From a virus: a DNA stretch of 64,000 nucleotides. Of this stretch, positions 9,432 through 19,244 are shown in pieces; the stretch's first letter is position 1; every line of letters starts with the position of its first letter. The stretch is taken from IMG/VR virus record IMGVR_UViG_3300042484_001802; one strand, given 5' to 3'. A program made the position numbers and the translations under genes. The notes under the pieces are model-generated. The model was given only the letters and a program-made list of their open reading frames with translations. It was not told where the DNA came from and did not search any database.

Positions 9432-9911
9432 TTACTCAATAAAATTCCAAGGGTGTAAGGTAACCCCCACCACAAATAGATGTTCGTCCAATAATAGGGT
9501 GACTCTTTCAATACCTAAATGAACATCCCTACTACCTTCACTATCAACTATATATTCACTCCAATCTAATTGAAGAATGTGTTCAAATGTATCTTCGCCA
9601 TCATCGGTTAATGGTTCAACTTCAATTTCCACTTCAATATCCCTAGGACCGCGCACATTGGTTATTTCAATAGAATCAATCCCCCAACCCCTTAAAGTCA
9701 TATATAGGTCATAGACAATATTCATTTTACCAATTGGGTTAACATTATAAATTCTTTGCCCATCATATTGGCGCGGATGTTCAATTTCAACCTCAACATC
9801 GGTTCTGAAATCAAGTAAATCCTTACCTATACTTTCATTGATAAGACCTTTAGATAGGTTTTCAGCTAAGTTTTGAACCTGTTTTCTTTTTAATTTTATT
9901 GTTTTTGGCAT
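9432..9911 (-). CDS. Hypothetical acidic protein
   Basis: ORF track; N-terminal ...GLINES motif; preceded by TATTTAT on its own strand. Confidence 0.65.
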   Translation of the reverse strand: MPKTIKLKRKQVQNLAENLSKGLINESIGKDLLDFRTDVEVEIEHPRQYDGQRIYNVNPIGKMNIVYDLYMTLRGWGIDSIEITNVRGPRDIEVEIEVEPLTDDGEDTFEHILQLDWSEYIVDSEGSRDVHLGIERVTLLLDEHLFVVGVTLHPWNFIE

Positions 9912-9954
9912 AAAATTATATACTAATTTATAATAAATAGTTATATTATGCGAG

Positions 9955-10392
9955 ATGGTAACTTACATATTGTTTATTTATGCAAATTTTGAGGATCACG
10001 AGGACGTCGAGTTCTTTTGTACCGAACATTTCTCTCAAATATCTGAAAGAGGAGTTAAATACGTCATTGAAAAGGACGGTAATTGTATTATAATATTCGA
10101 ATCGGATAAAGATAAGGATAAATTAGATTCTGATTTAGAGGATTTATTGGATATTGAGCAAATAAACTTCTATTTTCTATTTGAACGGGCGTCAGTGGTA
10201 TCCGTATTTTTACCTGAAACCATCAAAGATTTCATATTTAAACCCCTAGAAAACGAGAATGTTAAACTTAAAATAACGGCTAATCGTAATCAAAAACACG
10301 ACCTAGATGACATCTTAGAAAAGATTGAAAATGGGGGGATTGAGAGCTTGACACTAGAAGAAAAAAAATTTCTGGATGATTTTGGAAAATAA
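9955..10392 (+). CDS. Hypothetical protein with a C-terminal DUF6576-like motif
   Basis: C-terminal LDDILEKIENGGIESLTLEEKKFL resembles the LDxILDKIxxxGxxSLTxEEKxFL motif of Bacteroidota proteins. Confidence 0.55.
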   Translation: MVTYILFIYANFEDHEDVEFFCTEHFSQISERGVKYVIEKDGNCIIIFESDKDKDKLDSDLEDLLDIEQINFYFLFERASVVSVFLPETIKDFIFKPLENENVKLKITANRNQKHDLDDILEKIENGGIESLTLEEKKFLDDFGK

Positions 10393-10433
10393 CTGGAAAA
10401 ATCGTACTATTGCTATACAAAACCCAAAAACGA

Positions 10434-11240
10434 ATGAAAAATACCAGCCCAATGGTTAAAACCGAAGAACTAAAATATTACATCAAGGATTTAAAAAGAA
10501 TCCCAGTAATAGAAGCGCAAAGAGAATTTGAAATTTTCATGGCGTTTAAAAACAAAGAGACAACTAAAGAACAAAAAAACGCTTTAGTTGAAGAATTGAT
10601 TTTAGGTAATTTAAGATTTGTTATTTCCGTTGCTAAGATGTATCAAAATCAAGGAATGGATTTATTGGATTTAATTTCAGAAGGCAATATTGGTTTGATG
10701 AAAGCCATTGATCGATTTGACGTTACTTCTGGTTTTAAATTTATATCATATGCTGTGTGGTGGGTGAAACAATCTATAATGCAGTCGTTAACGGAAAATT
10801 CAAGAACAATAAGAATACCGTCAAACGTTTTGCAAGATATTCAAAAGCAAAAGAAAATAAAAAATGAAGAGGATAGTTACCTTATCGAATACAATGATAA
10901 TGTTTTAATCGGTATTCCAACAACAGTTGATTTATATAAAGAAATAAATGAAGATGGTGACACATTAATAGAAGTTATTGCTAATCCTAATTCAATTGAC
11001 CCTATGGAATCTATGAATAATCTTGATGAGATTAAGAAAAAGATGAAGTATATGTTAGCAATCCTAGATGACAGAGAGAAAACCATTATTGAGGGTTATT
11101 TTGGTTTGTGTGGTACCGAAAGAAACCTAGATGACCTAGGTGAAGAATTTGGTTGCACCAAAGAACGTATTAGACAATTAAAAGATAAAGCAATTAAGAA
11201 ATTGCGAAACGAGAGTTTTGGACTCCTAAACTATTTATAA
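10434..11240 (+). CDS. RNA polymerase sigma-70 family factor (RpoD/SigA-like, no region 1.1)
   Basis: Region 2 NLRFVISVAKMY...DLISEGNIGLMKAIDRFD...GFKFISYAVWWVKQSI; region 4 TKERIRQLKDKAIKKLR. Likely start is ATG 10434. Confidence 0.92.
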   Translation: MKNTSPMVKTEELKYYIKDLKRIPVIEAQREFEIFMAFKNKETTKEQKNALVEELILGNLRFVISVAKMYQNQGMDLLDLISEGNIGLMKAIDRFDVTSGFKFISYAVWWVKQSIMQSLTENSRTIRIPSNVLQDIQKQKKIKNEEDSYLIEYNDNVLIGIPTTVDLYKEINEDGDTLIEVIANPNSIDPMESMNNLDEIKKKMKYMLAILDDREKTIIEGYFGLCGTERNLDDLGEEFGCTKERIRQLKDKAIKKLRNESFGLLNYL

Positions 11241-11257
11241 AAGTAAAAATTAAAGAC

Positions 11258-11551
11258 ATGAAAAAGTTAATTGATTTAATTAAAACATATAAACTACAAA
11301 TATTGGTAGTTTTAACACTTTTTTTCTTCTTTCGCTCTTGTAGTAATTCAAGTAAAGTGACTAAGTTAGAAAAAAATGAAAAGAAAAATATTGCGACAAT
11401 AGATAGTATCAATATTGCACATAAAAATGACAAAATCGCAATTCATAGTTTTTACGATAATTGGATTACACAAAAAGATAGAGGACCGCAGTTAATGGAA
11501 TTACATTTTATCGTTAAAGAAAATCTAAAAAAAGAACAAGAATCTAAATGA
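11258..11551 (+). CDS. Small membrane or lipoprotein-like protein
   Basis: Hydrophobic N-terminus ending FFFRSC. Confidence 0.6.
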   Translation: MKKLIDLIKTYKLQILVVLTLFFFFRSCSNSSKVTKLEKNEKKNIATIDSINIAHKNDKIAIHSFYDNWITQKDRGPQLMELHFIVKENLKKEQESK

Positions 11552-13092
11552 AACATTGGCTTAATACACATTATAAAACATTAATTGTTGCTGCGTTTTT
11601 GATACCAATCATAACTGTGGCAATAGTTTCAATATCTCACGTTACCCAATGGTACGGGATATCAAATCCCATTAGCTGGGCAATATATCTTTCAATAGGT
11701 ATTGAGATTGCAGCATTATCGGCATTAGCCGCCATCTCAGCAAACATGGGCAAGAAGGTGTATTTCCCATTTGCAATCGTTACCCTAGTTCAATTTATTG
11801 GTAATGTATTTTTTGCATATTCATACATTGATATTGATTCAAAATCTTTCCAGGATTGGGTGGGTTTAGTTTCCCCGTTATTAGAATTAACTGGGGTTGA
11901 ATCAACTGACTTTGTTGGTCATAAAAGATTTTTAGCGTTTTTTGCTGGGGGTATGTTACCAATAATATCTTTATCTTTCTTACATATGTTGGTTAAATTC
12001 ACAGAAGAAGATAGAGTTATTCAATCTAAAGAAGAAACTAAACCAGTTGAACCTACACAAACAATCGAACAATTAAAAGATTTTGTTGATGAAACAACAA
12101 GATTACGTTTATCTGAAAATGATTTAAAGATACTTGAAGAGGCATTATTAAATCCACCACCACCAAACGAGGCGTTATTAAAGGCGGCTGAAGAACGCAA
12201 AAGAAGAGGTGAGTTATTAAAGGAAATAATGAAGAACGACCAAGAGTTGGGTTTATATGATGAAGAACCTTATGCTGGTGCAAGCATATTCCCTAAAGAA
12301 GTGGAGTATACGGATGAATATAGTAAACCATTATATGAAAATCCAATACCAACACCTGTTGAACCACAAGTTGATTTAGAATTGGTTGAAGAAGAACCAG
12401 AAGAAGATATTTCTGATTGGGATGTGACGCTAATGGATGGGTTAGAAGATGAAGAACCATTTTTCACTGAAAAAGAAACGGAGAATATTTTCCAAGAAGA
12501 ACCAACAGAGGAAGAAATCCATGTAAATTTTTCCATTATAGAACCTGAAACGGAGAATATTTTCCAAGATAATACCACAGAAACTTTGGTTCCTGAAGAA
12601 GTGATTTCTAATTTATTAAATGAACTTATTGAAGATGTCGATAATCAGGAATTAAGAACAGAAGAACAAGTTCCTGAGTTATTTGTAATGCCAGAAGAGG
12701 TTGAAACGTTTAAAATAGATATTCGAGCAATTAACGAAATATTAAATGACGTTAATGAGGTTATTGATAACGAAGAAGACGACTTAAAAAAAAAAGATGA
12801 GCTAGAAATAACATCATCAATTGAAATTGTTGAAACACCTACGCCAACCCCAACGCCTACTGAAACACAATTAAATCGAGATACCGATTCATTATATTGG
12901 GAATCCGGTGAAAACCCAATCCCATTAGTTGATGATGAATCACCAACACAAGTAACTTACGAAGACAACACAAACGAATCACCAATTGAAGAATCGGAAC
13001 AATTTAATCCTTTTGGTTCTATTTTTCCAAGAGGTGGAAGTAAAATAATACCTAGAAATGTTAGAAATACGAAACGTAGAGGTTTTAGATAA
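11548..13092 (+). CDS. Multi-pass membrane protein with a long acidic low-complexity tail
   Basis: About four TM segments in the first 150 aa; E/D/P-rich tail with a duplicated ETENIFQ. Confidence 0.7.
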   Translation: MKHWLNTHYKTLIVAAFLIPIITVAIVSISHVTQWYGISNPISWAIYLSIGIEIAALSALAAISANMGKKVYFPFAIVTLVQFIGNVFFAYSYIDIDSKSFQDWVGLVSPLLELTGVESTDFVGHKRFLAFFAGGMLPIISLSFLHMLVKFTEEDRVIQSKEETKPVEPTQTIEQLKDFVDETTRLRLSENDLKILEEALLNPPPPNEALLKAAEERKRRGELLKEIMKNDQELGLYDEEPYAGASIFPKEVEYTDEYSKPLYENPIPTPVEPQVDLELVEEEPEEDISDWDVTLMDGLEDEEPFFTEKETENIFQEEPTEEEIHVNFSIIEPETENIFQDNTTETLVPEEVISNLLNELIEDVDNQELRTEEQVPELFVMPEEVETFKIDIRAINEILNDVNEVIDNEEDDLKKKDELEITSSIEIVETPTPTPTPTETQLNRDTDSLYWESGENPIPLVDDESPTQVTYEDNTNESPIEESEQFNPFGSIFPRGGSKIIPRNVRNTKRRGFR

Positions 13093-13684
13093 GACACTTT
13101 TGAATGTCAAAAAAAGAAAATCTAAAAAAACACAAATATTATTACATGACACTCATAGACGGTTAGATGAGTACATTATGATGTTAAAACATAGAAAGGA
13201 TGGGAAATATGAAGATATTCCCCATTTTTGTATTGATAAACTAGGTAATATCTATAAAATATTTGAACCAGAATATTCATCAAACACATTTAAGATACCT
13301 AAAATAGATAATGGGCAAATTAAAATTGCCATTGAAAATCTAGGTTGGTTAAATAAACATAGTGTAACTGGTATACTTTTTAATTGGATTAATAGCCCAT
13401 ATAGAGCCGACCCCTACATTAAGAATTGGCGCAATTATAGTTTTTGGGATAGGTACACCGAACCTCAAATGAATTCCTTGGCGGAGTTATGTATGGTACT
13501 CTGTGTTGAGTACGATATTAACTATCACTGCGTACCATCATCTGGTTATATTGAAAATTGTGAAAAGTTCCGCGGAATATTAAGTAAATCCAATTTCTCG
13601 AATATTTATACTGATATAAACCCTTCATTTAATTTTAATATATTCGAAGAACATGTCAAACAAGCAGAACTGGGGATACGATGA
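13058..13684 (+). CDS. N-acetylmuramoyl-L-alanine amidase-like (Amidase_2 fold), possibly degenerate
   Basis: ILLHDT, PHFCIDKLGNIY, IAIEN, YTEPQMNSLAEL, DINP; the second Zn-binding His is not evident. Confidence 0.6.
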   Translation: MLEIRNVEVLDKTLLNVKKRKSKKTQILLHDTHRRLDEYIMMLKHRKDGKYEDIPHFCIDKLGNIYKIFEPEYSSNTFKIPKIDNGQIKIAIENLGWLNKHSVTGILFNWINSPYRADPYIKNWRNYSFWDRYTEPQMNSLAELCMVLCVEYDINYHCVPSSGYIENCEKFRGILSKSNFSNIYTDINPSFNFNIFEEHVKQAELGIR

Positions 13685-14165
13685 TACAAAAAAGATGTTA
13701 AACAAACTTAGAACGTTAAACGAATCTAAGTCAAACACATCGTCAATCCTTAAAGAAGATATCCAACAAACTGAACCAACACCAGATAATGGGGTTGATT
13801 ACACAGTAATAAACGACGTTGAGGTGAAAATTCACTCATCCGATGAAAAAGATTTAATGATTTCAGACGAAGAGAAACAAGCAATTTCACAATTAATTGA
13901 TAATTTCCGTCAGCAAGTAGCTGAATTAGCAGAATTTGAAGAGGGATTTAACATCACCACAGATGAGGTTAGATTAGATGGTACAATACCAGACAACGAT
14001 ATTAGTTTTGTCTTTGTTATTGGATCTGAGAGTGGTGTGTATGTTAATTGCGACATGACTAAGTTAGAACCAGAAGTTATTCAAGTAATGGATAAACTTG
14101 AAAAATTCTATCACACATTTAGTGATTCCGCTAATGATTTCATTTTAAATAGAAAAAACAATTAA
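13653..14165 (+). CDS. Hypothetical acidic protein (possible virion internal protein)
   Basis: ORF track; LRTLNES and ILKED motifs. Confidence 0.65.
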   Translation: MSNKQNWGYDDTKKMLNKLRTLNESKSNTSSILKEDIQQTEPTPDNGVDYTVINDVEVKIHSSDEKDLMISDEEKQAISQLIDNFRQQVAELAEFEEGFNITTDEVRLDGTIPDNDISFVFVIGSESGVYVNCDMTKLEPEVIQVMDKLEKFYHTFSDSANDFILNRKNN

Positions 14166-14166
14166 A

Positions 14167-14406
14167 ATGGCATTAAGTAACGACGATAAGAAGGAAATTG
14201 AAAAAATAGCCAAAAAGGAAATCAAGGATTTCTTAGACACAACTAAGGCACACGAAATTGTAATTAAAATCATTCAGAAAGAACTAGGTTCAAAAAAAAT
14301 TGATGATAAGATAGTTGAGTTGTCAACTAAAGTTGTTGTTGAGTTATTCAAAACCTTATGGCAAAGAAAAGGTTTCTGGGAATCAGCACTTAAAAGCGTT
14401 AAATAA
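14167..14406 (+). CDS. Hypothetical protein
   Basis: ORF track; translationally coupled to both neighbours. Confidence 0.65.
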   Translation: MALSNDDKKEIEKIAKKEIKDFLDTTKAHEIVIKIIQKELGSKKIDDKIVELSTKVVVELFKTLWQRKGFWESALKSVK

Positions 14407-15296
14407 TGCAGTATACTAAGCCAAATTTAAACCGCGAATGGAATGAAGCACGTAGATACTCATTTTTAAAAAAAATGGGAAAGAAGGCGTGGGTTGAGTT
14501 TGCTAGTAAAAATTTTCAGATTTTAAATTATGAATCAATTAAAGACCAATTAGGTAATGTTGATTTAGATTATGAAAATTTAGATAAAGATAAGAAAATA
14601 CGCTTTGAAAGGGACTTTAAGAAAGGTGTTATTGAAATACCGATAGCTGTTAAAATATACGAGGATTATTACGATTTAGTAGGTGGTAACACAAGGTTAG
14701 CCGGTTTGATTAAAAACAACATAAACCCAAAACTATGGGTAATAGATGCGACGGATAAGATAGATGTTGAAGACCCAATAGAAGAAAGTAAAAATATTAT
14801 GAAAAAAGAGAATAAAGAATCAACCGACGCATCGTCATCTGGAGCATTTTCAGCCCCACTAGGCGCTAAAAACAAAGGTCTTGGTAAAGTTATAAAGAAA
14901 CCAATTTCTGGGCTTAAAAACAGCAAGAAATACAATGTTGAGCAAGATATGGACGAAGCTACTGACGCTTCATCATCCGGGGCTTATGATGTACCATTCG
15001 GCGCTGGTGGTAAATCACCATTAAAGATTGGTGGACCAAGCAGTGTTAAAACTAGTAGAGCGGTTAAAGATAAAAATTTTCCTAAGTGGGGTGGTCCTGG
15101 AGGTGTTTATGTTGCGGTAAAGGAAAAATGTAAAAAGTTTCCTTATTGTAACCAAGGGGATATTAATTCACTAGAGTTTATTTCGGAAGTAGAGGGTTTA
15201 AAGGAAGCAATTAACGAAGTTGCAAAAAAACACGGGTTTTCACCTAAAGAAGTTGAAAAATTAGTATTAAATGAAATAAAACAGATATTTATTTAG
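14406..15296 (+). CDS. ParB/Srx-like N-terminal domain plus a repeated ExTDASSSGA C-terminal region
   Basis: PIAV...DLVGGNTRLA resembles the ParB GxxRxxA motif; ESTDASSSGAF and EATDASSSGAY are duplicated. Confidence 0.5.
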   Translation: MQYTKPNLNREWNEARRYSFLKKMGKKAWVEFASKNFQILNYESIKDQLGNVDLDYENLDKDKKIRFERDFKKGVIEIPIAVKIYEDYYDLVGGNTRLAGLIKNNINPKLWVIDATDKIDVEDPIEESKNIMKKENKESTDASSSGAFSAPLGAKNKGLGKVIKKPISGLKNSKKYNVEQDMDEATDASSSGAYDVPFGAGGKSPLKIGGPSSVKTSRAVKDKNFPKWGGPGGVYVAVKEKCKKFPYCNQGDINSLEFISEVEGLKEAINEVAKKHGFSPKEVEKLVLNEIKQIFI

Positions 15297-15297
15297 T

Positions 15298-16623
15298 ATG
15301 AAAGTTAACGAATTAAAACAACTAATAGAAAATACCCTTGCTAAAGAGGTTAAAAAAGCAATATTAGAAAGTGCTGACGAAGTATATATAATAAAAAATA
15401 AAGAAGGTGAACCTATTGAAATGTGTGCAACTCAAGAAGAAGCAGACGAAAAATTAGATAGCTACCAAAAATCAGGTAAAGAATTCATCATCGAAAAAGA
15501 ACCAAAACCATCCATTGACGAATTAGACGAAATGGGTGAAAATTTAGAAAACATGGAAACAGAAAAACAACCAATGGAAGGAAATGAGTTCACAGGAGCT
15601 CTTAAAGCAGCTAAAGATGCTGGTGAAAAATCATTCACAGTAGATGGTAAAGAATATGATGTTGAAGAATGCTGGTCCAAACAAATGGAAGAAGATGAGT
15701 GTATGGAATGTGGTTCAAATATGAAAGAAGGTGATGACTCTGAACACAGCAAAAAATTTGATATGGCAATAGATACTTCAAAATATAAGTTTTTAAAGAA
15801 CATAAATACTAAAACTTCAAAAGATAAAACACCTGAAGAACATAATGAATCAATGGGCGACTCTGAAGACAAATATTCATTCAATAAATTAAAATTTGAA
15901 CCAAAATCAGAAGAAGGTGAAGTATCAGAAGATGATGCTCAAATGTGCTCTGAGTGCGGTTCTCAAATGTACGAAGGTGTGTGTAATGAGTGTGGTGGCG
16001 CAATGAATGAAAGCAAGAAAAGAAAGGTTAAATTAACTGAAAGTGAATTAGTTGACTTCATTAATAAAATAGTAAAAGAATCTGTTCCAGGTTTAAGAAT
16101 TGCTACTGATATGAAAAGTAAAAGTGGTAAAATTAATACTGACGCAAACAAAGAAACTGGTGATAAAATCAAAAAGTCATTAAATTTTGAGAATAATAAT
16201 AATCCAGATTTCCCTAATCAAATAGGTAAAGAAAAAGAAAAAGCAGCTAGAACAAATTCAGAAGATGAAGATGAATATGTTCAAGATTGGAGAGGTGGGT
16301 CAATGTTAGATTTAAAATATGATAGTGAGCCATCAGATCAATTTAAAGATAGATTAAAGAAAGCATTAGAAGGTGACAAAACAACTGGAAACGCACAAGA
16401 TGGTGACGTTGCTAATGTAATCAAAAGTGATTTAGGTAAAAAAATAGCGAAAGCGGTAGAAAGAAAAAAAGAAAACGTTAAAAAGATGCCATTGTACAAA
16501 AAAGATATTCAACCATCGAAAGAAACATCGTCGGTTAATGAATCTTTAAAAACCAAATCAGTTCTTAATGAGGAAATCAAAAGAATGAAGGATATGGTTC
16601 AGTACAATAAAAAAACTCAATAA
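15298..16623 (+). CDS. Charged protein with CxxC motifs, probable head-associated protein
   Basis: CMECG, CSECG...CNECG; repeated LIE/ILES/LTESEL/IVKES/LNEEIKRMK segments. Confidence 0.6.
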   Translation: MKVNELKQLIENTLAKEVKKAILESADEVYIIKNKEGEPIEMCATQEEADEKLDSYQKSGKEFIIEKEPKPSIDELDEMGENLENMETEKQPMEGNEFTGALKAAKDAGEKSFTVDGKEYDVEECWSKQMEEDECMECGSNMKEGDDSEHSKKFDMAIDTSKYKFLKNINTKTSKDKTPEEHNESMGDSEDKYSFNKLKFEPKSEEGEVSEDDAQMCSECGSQMYEGVCNECGGAMNESKKRKVKLTESELVDFINKIVKESVPGLRIATDMKSKSGKINTDANKETGDKIKKSLNFENNNNPDFPNQIGKEKEKAARTNSEDEDEYVQDWRGGSMLDLKYDSEPSDQFKDRLKKALEGDKTTGNAQDGDVANVIKSDLGKKIAKAVERKKENVKKMPLYKKDIQPSKETSSVNESLKTKSVLNEEIKRMKDMVQYNKKTQ

Positions 16624-16671
16624 TAACCTTTTAAATTTTCCTTTTATCCGCATATTTTAATATATTTGGGT

Positions 16672-17127
16672 ATGAGAAAACAGGAAGGGTATTTAGAATT
16701 TATCTCCTCGGAAAACTACAAAAATCAAGTGGAGGTTTGGTATCGCGCTTATAATATTATACGCGAAAAGGTTGAATTGTTTCACGATTTAATCACAACT
16801 TTACACACTATTATCGAAGAAACCTACTTGGGTCCTGATGTTCTAAATGAAGACAAGGATCAAAAGGGGCATTTCGATTGGTGCTGGAGAAAAACCCTAT
16901 CTAATTTCGAGAAAGAGAACATTCATTTTAAAGAAAGTGGTGCCCACTATGACTATTTTTGGGCTTTTTTCCACGAAGCATTCTATATAAATGAGGTTGA
17001 AGGTAAGAACAATCGAATCAAAGATTATTTTTATAAGTTATTCACATTCAATTACAAAAAAACCAGATCTGAGTTAGATATCCTAACGGAAATATACAAG
17101 GTATTCGAGTCAAATATCAAAAAGTAA
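16672..17127 (+). CDS. Hypothetical protein
   Basis: ORF track (ATG 16672 preferred over TTG 16666). Confidence 0.65.
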   Translation: MRKQEGYLEFISSENYKNQVEVWYRAYNIIREKVELFHDLITTLHTIIEETYLGPDVLNEDKDQKGHFDWCWRKTLSNFEKENIHFKESGAHYDYFWAFFHEAFYINEVEGKNNRIKDYFYKLFTFNYKKTRSELDILTEIYKVFESNIKK

Positions 17128-17193
17128 AAAAAAACCTCGATATTGACTTGTTAAACCGGGTTTTTTTATGTACATTAGATCAAAATAATTACT

Positions 17194-17373
17194 ATGGAAA
17201 CTTTAAAGAAAATCAAAGAGCTTGTCGAAAAGATGTCTGTTGATACCCAAAAAGTGTTTGAAAAGGGAAATCGAAGTGCATCTATTAGAGCAAGAAAACA
17301 TGCACAAGAAATTAAAGCACTATTAGGTGTATACAGAAAAGATATTCTAGAAGAAATTAAAAAACATGATTAA
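17194..17373 (+). CDS. Histone H1-like Hc1-family protein (59 aa, below the ORF-track cutoff)
   Basis: METLKKIKELVEKMSVDTQKVFEKGNRSASIRARKHAQEIKALLGVYRKDILEEIKKHD; GNxxAxxRARK motif of Hc1-like nucleoid proteins. Confidence 0.75.
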   Translation: METLKKIKELVEKMSVDTQKVFEKGNRSASIRARKHAQEIKALLGVYRKDILEEIKKHD

Positions 17374-17545
17374 ACAAATCGAAACTTTTTTATTGGTGCT
17401 CAGTTTAGTATACCTATTAAGGTTTGCTATTGAGTTTCTTCTTAAATTAAGAGATGAAAATCCTAAACCCATAGAGATTGCTAAAGTGAATCAAGTGTTC
17501 ATTTATTTAGCAATTTCATATGTGATAACATTTATTATTGTATAA
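17366..17545 (+). CDS. Small two-TM membrane protein (59 aa; holin-like topology)
   Basis: MIKQIETFLLVLSLVYLLRFAIEFLLKLRDENPKPIEIAKVNQVFIYLAISYVITFIIV; overlaps both neighbours. Confidence 0.6.
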   Translation: MIKQIETFLLVLSLVYLLRFAIEFLLKLRDENPKPIEIAKVNQVFIYLAISYVITFIIV

Positions 17546-18020
17546 CGTGTACGAACTAATATCAGATTTACGACCATATTTCTTTTCATTGCGAGAGATT
17601 GAAAAGAATGTCAGCTTAGACCTAAAAATACCAACAAACTGGAGGATAGAACATATCCAAGAAGTTGTGTCGCAATATAAATCAATGGGGTATAAAGTTC
17701 AAGACAAGAACGACAAATACCAATTAGTTTCATTAATTGCATTAGCAACACAAGAGGGGTATAACACTGCAAGGTCATGTGCCATAGAAATAATTAAATA
17801 CAATCTTGAATTAGAAGAAAAGGAAATATTATTTAAGGATAAGCAAAGGCAATTGCAAGAAGAATATCAAAACAAGATTAGAGAATTACAGGATCAATTT
17901 AAAAGCGAACCATTAGATAAATTAAAAGGAATTAATATTCAAAAAGAAGATGGAGAAACGGATAAAACAGGGGCTGGACTGGTTGAATCGGGAGATGGGG
18001 AAGGACCAGACGGAGATTGA
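17538..18020 (+). CDS. Hypothetical coiled-coil protein
   Basis: ORF track; start may be GTG 17547. Confidence 0.65.
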   Translation: MYNVYELISDLRPYFFSLREIEKNVSLDLKIPTNWRIEHIQEVVSQYKSMGYKVQDKNDKYQLVSLIALATQEGYNTARSCAIEIIKYNLELEEKEILFKDKQRQLQEEYQNKIRELQDQFKSEPLDKLKGINIQKEDGETDKTGAGLVESGDGEGPDGD

Positions 18021-18153
18021 TTTGCATAAGCAAAAAGTAATAGAAGAAATAAAAAAAATAGATAAATCAAAATTCTTTCAACCTAAACCAAAGAAAAAGA
18101 TATCTATATTAGATAAGATATTAATGATTTTCGGATATGGAAAAAAAGGGTGA
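17950..18153 (+). CDS. Hypothetical basic protein
   Basis: ORF track; overlapping operon arrangement. Confidence 0.55.
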   Translation: MEKRIKQGLDWLNREMGKDQTEIDLHKQKVIEEIKKIDKSKFFQPKPKKKISILDKILMIFGYGKKG

Positions 18154-18370
18154 CTTATTTAATCAATTAGCGATAATATCTGATTTAGTTGAAAGGTGTA
18201 ACTTGGTTAGTGTCTCAAGTACAATTGTTTTTGAATTAAACAGAGCAGAGTTTGAAAAAGTTTATACTTTAGTTACTCGTAAAACTAAAATGAGCGGCGG
18301 TATGCCAAAAGACACTTTTAATATTCAAATAGGCGAGGTTAACATATTATTTAATATGAATAATGCCTAA
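18137..18370 (+). CDS. Hypothetical protein
   Basis: ORF track. Confidence 0.55.
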   Translation: MEKKGDLFNQLAIISDLVERCNLVSVSSTIVFELNRAEFEKVYTLVTRKTKMSGGMPKDTFNIQIGEVNILFNMNNA

Positions 18371-18998
18371 ACAATTCATGCCTACTAAAACCCTTCGTGA
18401 TTAAAAAATCATAGAGTAGTTTTCTTTGGTAGGTTGTGATATCTTTAATGAAAAGAAAGTTCCTTCTTTTCTTCTTATGTAAATCATTTTTTACCAATTC
18501 AAATAATCTATCAGTATCATGTAGATTTTTGTTACCAAACACTTTGACATCATTTTCTATTTGAACGAATATTTTATTGTTCAATGTGAATATCTGACAA
18601 ATCTCCTCAATCCTATTAAGTTTGAACATCATTTCGTGATAACGGATGTGTTTTTTTTGTTCAAAATCATAGATACGTTCTTCTTCCCACCAAGGTATTA
18701 TTTCTTTAACCCTAAACTTAGGATCATCCAAGGACACCTCGATATTTCTACCTAGTTCGTCTTTTTTATATGCTTTATCAGTAGTTGACCATCTATTGAT
18801 GGGGTAAACTAGGAACAATTCAAAATTTAACTTAGTGCGCTTTCTACCTCTAATTTCAGCACAATATGTTGGTTTTCTTTGCGTTTTATACTCTGACCAG
18901 TAGTCCATAATAGTGCTACGTTTTGCACACTTATGTAGAACTTTCTTCTTTACACCATTTAGATATAAGATTATGAAATACTTAAAATTCTGCTTCAT
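18351..18998 (-). CDS. Hypothetical basic protein
   Basis: Likely start MKQNFKYF at 18998, in an ATGA overlap with the stop of the upstream small ORF. Confidence 0.65.
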   Translation of the reverse strand: MKQNFKYFIILYLNGVKKKVLHKCAKRSTIMDYWSEYKTQRKPTYCAEIRGRKRTKLNFELFLVYPINRWSTTDKAYKKDELGRNIEVSLDDPKFRVKEIIPWWEEERIYDFEQKKHIRYHEMMFKLNRIEEICQIFTLNNKIFVQIENDVKVFGNKNLHDTDRLFELVKNDLHKKKRRNFLFIKDITTYQRKLLYDFLITKGFSRHELFRHYSY

Positions 18999-19144
18999 AT
19001 GAATTTGGTGATTAAAGAATAAATCCCATAAACAGCAAATGCTGACCAGATAACGAGGAACCAAATAGCTGATTTTGTGGTATATTCGCTAACCTCATCA
19101 AACTGTCTTTTTAATTCTTTCTTTTTACAACTTGTACATGACAT
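18995..19144 (-). CDS. Small protein: N-terminal CxxC and C-terminal TM helix (49 aa)
   Basis: MSCTSCKKKELKRQFDEVSEYTTKSAIWFLVIWSAFAVYGIYSLITKFI; coupled to the downstream gene. Confidence 0.6.
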   Translation of the reverse strand: MSCTSCKKKELKRQFDEVSEYTTKSAIWFLVIWSAFAVYGIYSLITKFI

Positions 19145-19244
19145 AAGGTAATATAGTGGTTTATTATATATATTTCAACCCAATATTTCTTTTTTTGTTT
19201 TTTTTGTAATATATTTAATAATCTAATTAAAAATATTTATTAGA

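Noticed and set aside
17126-17168. A-run/T-run inverted repeat as a terminator
   Set aside because: Only a few G-C pairs and a loop of about 18 nt; weak support.
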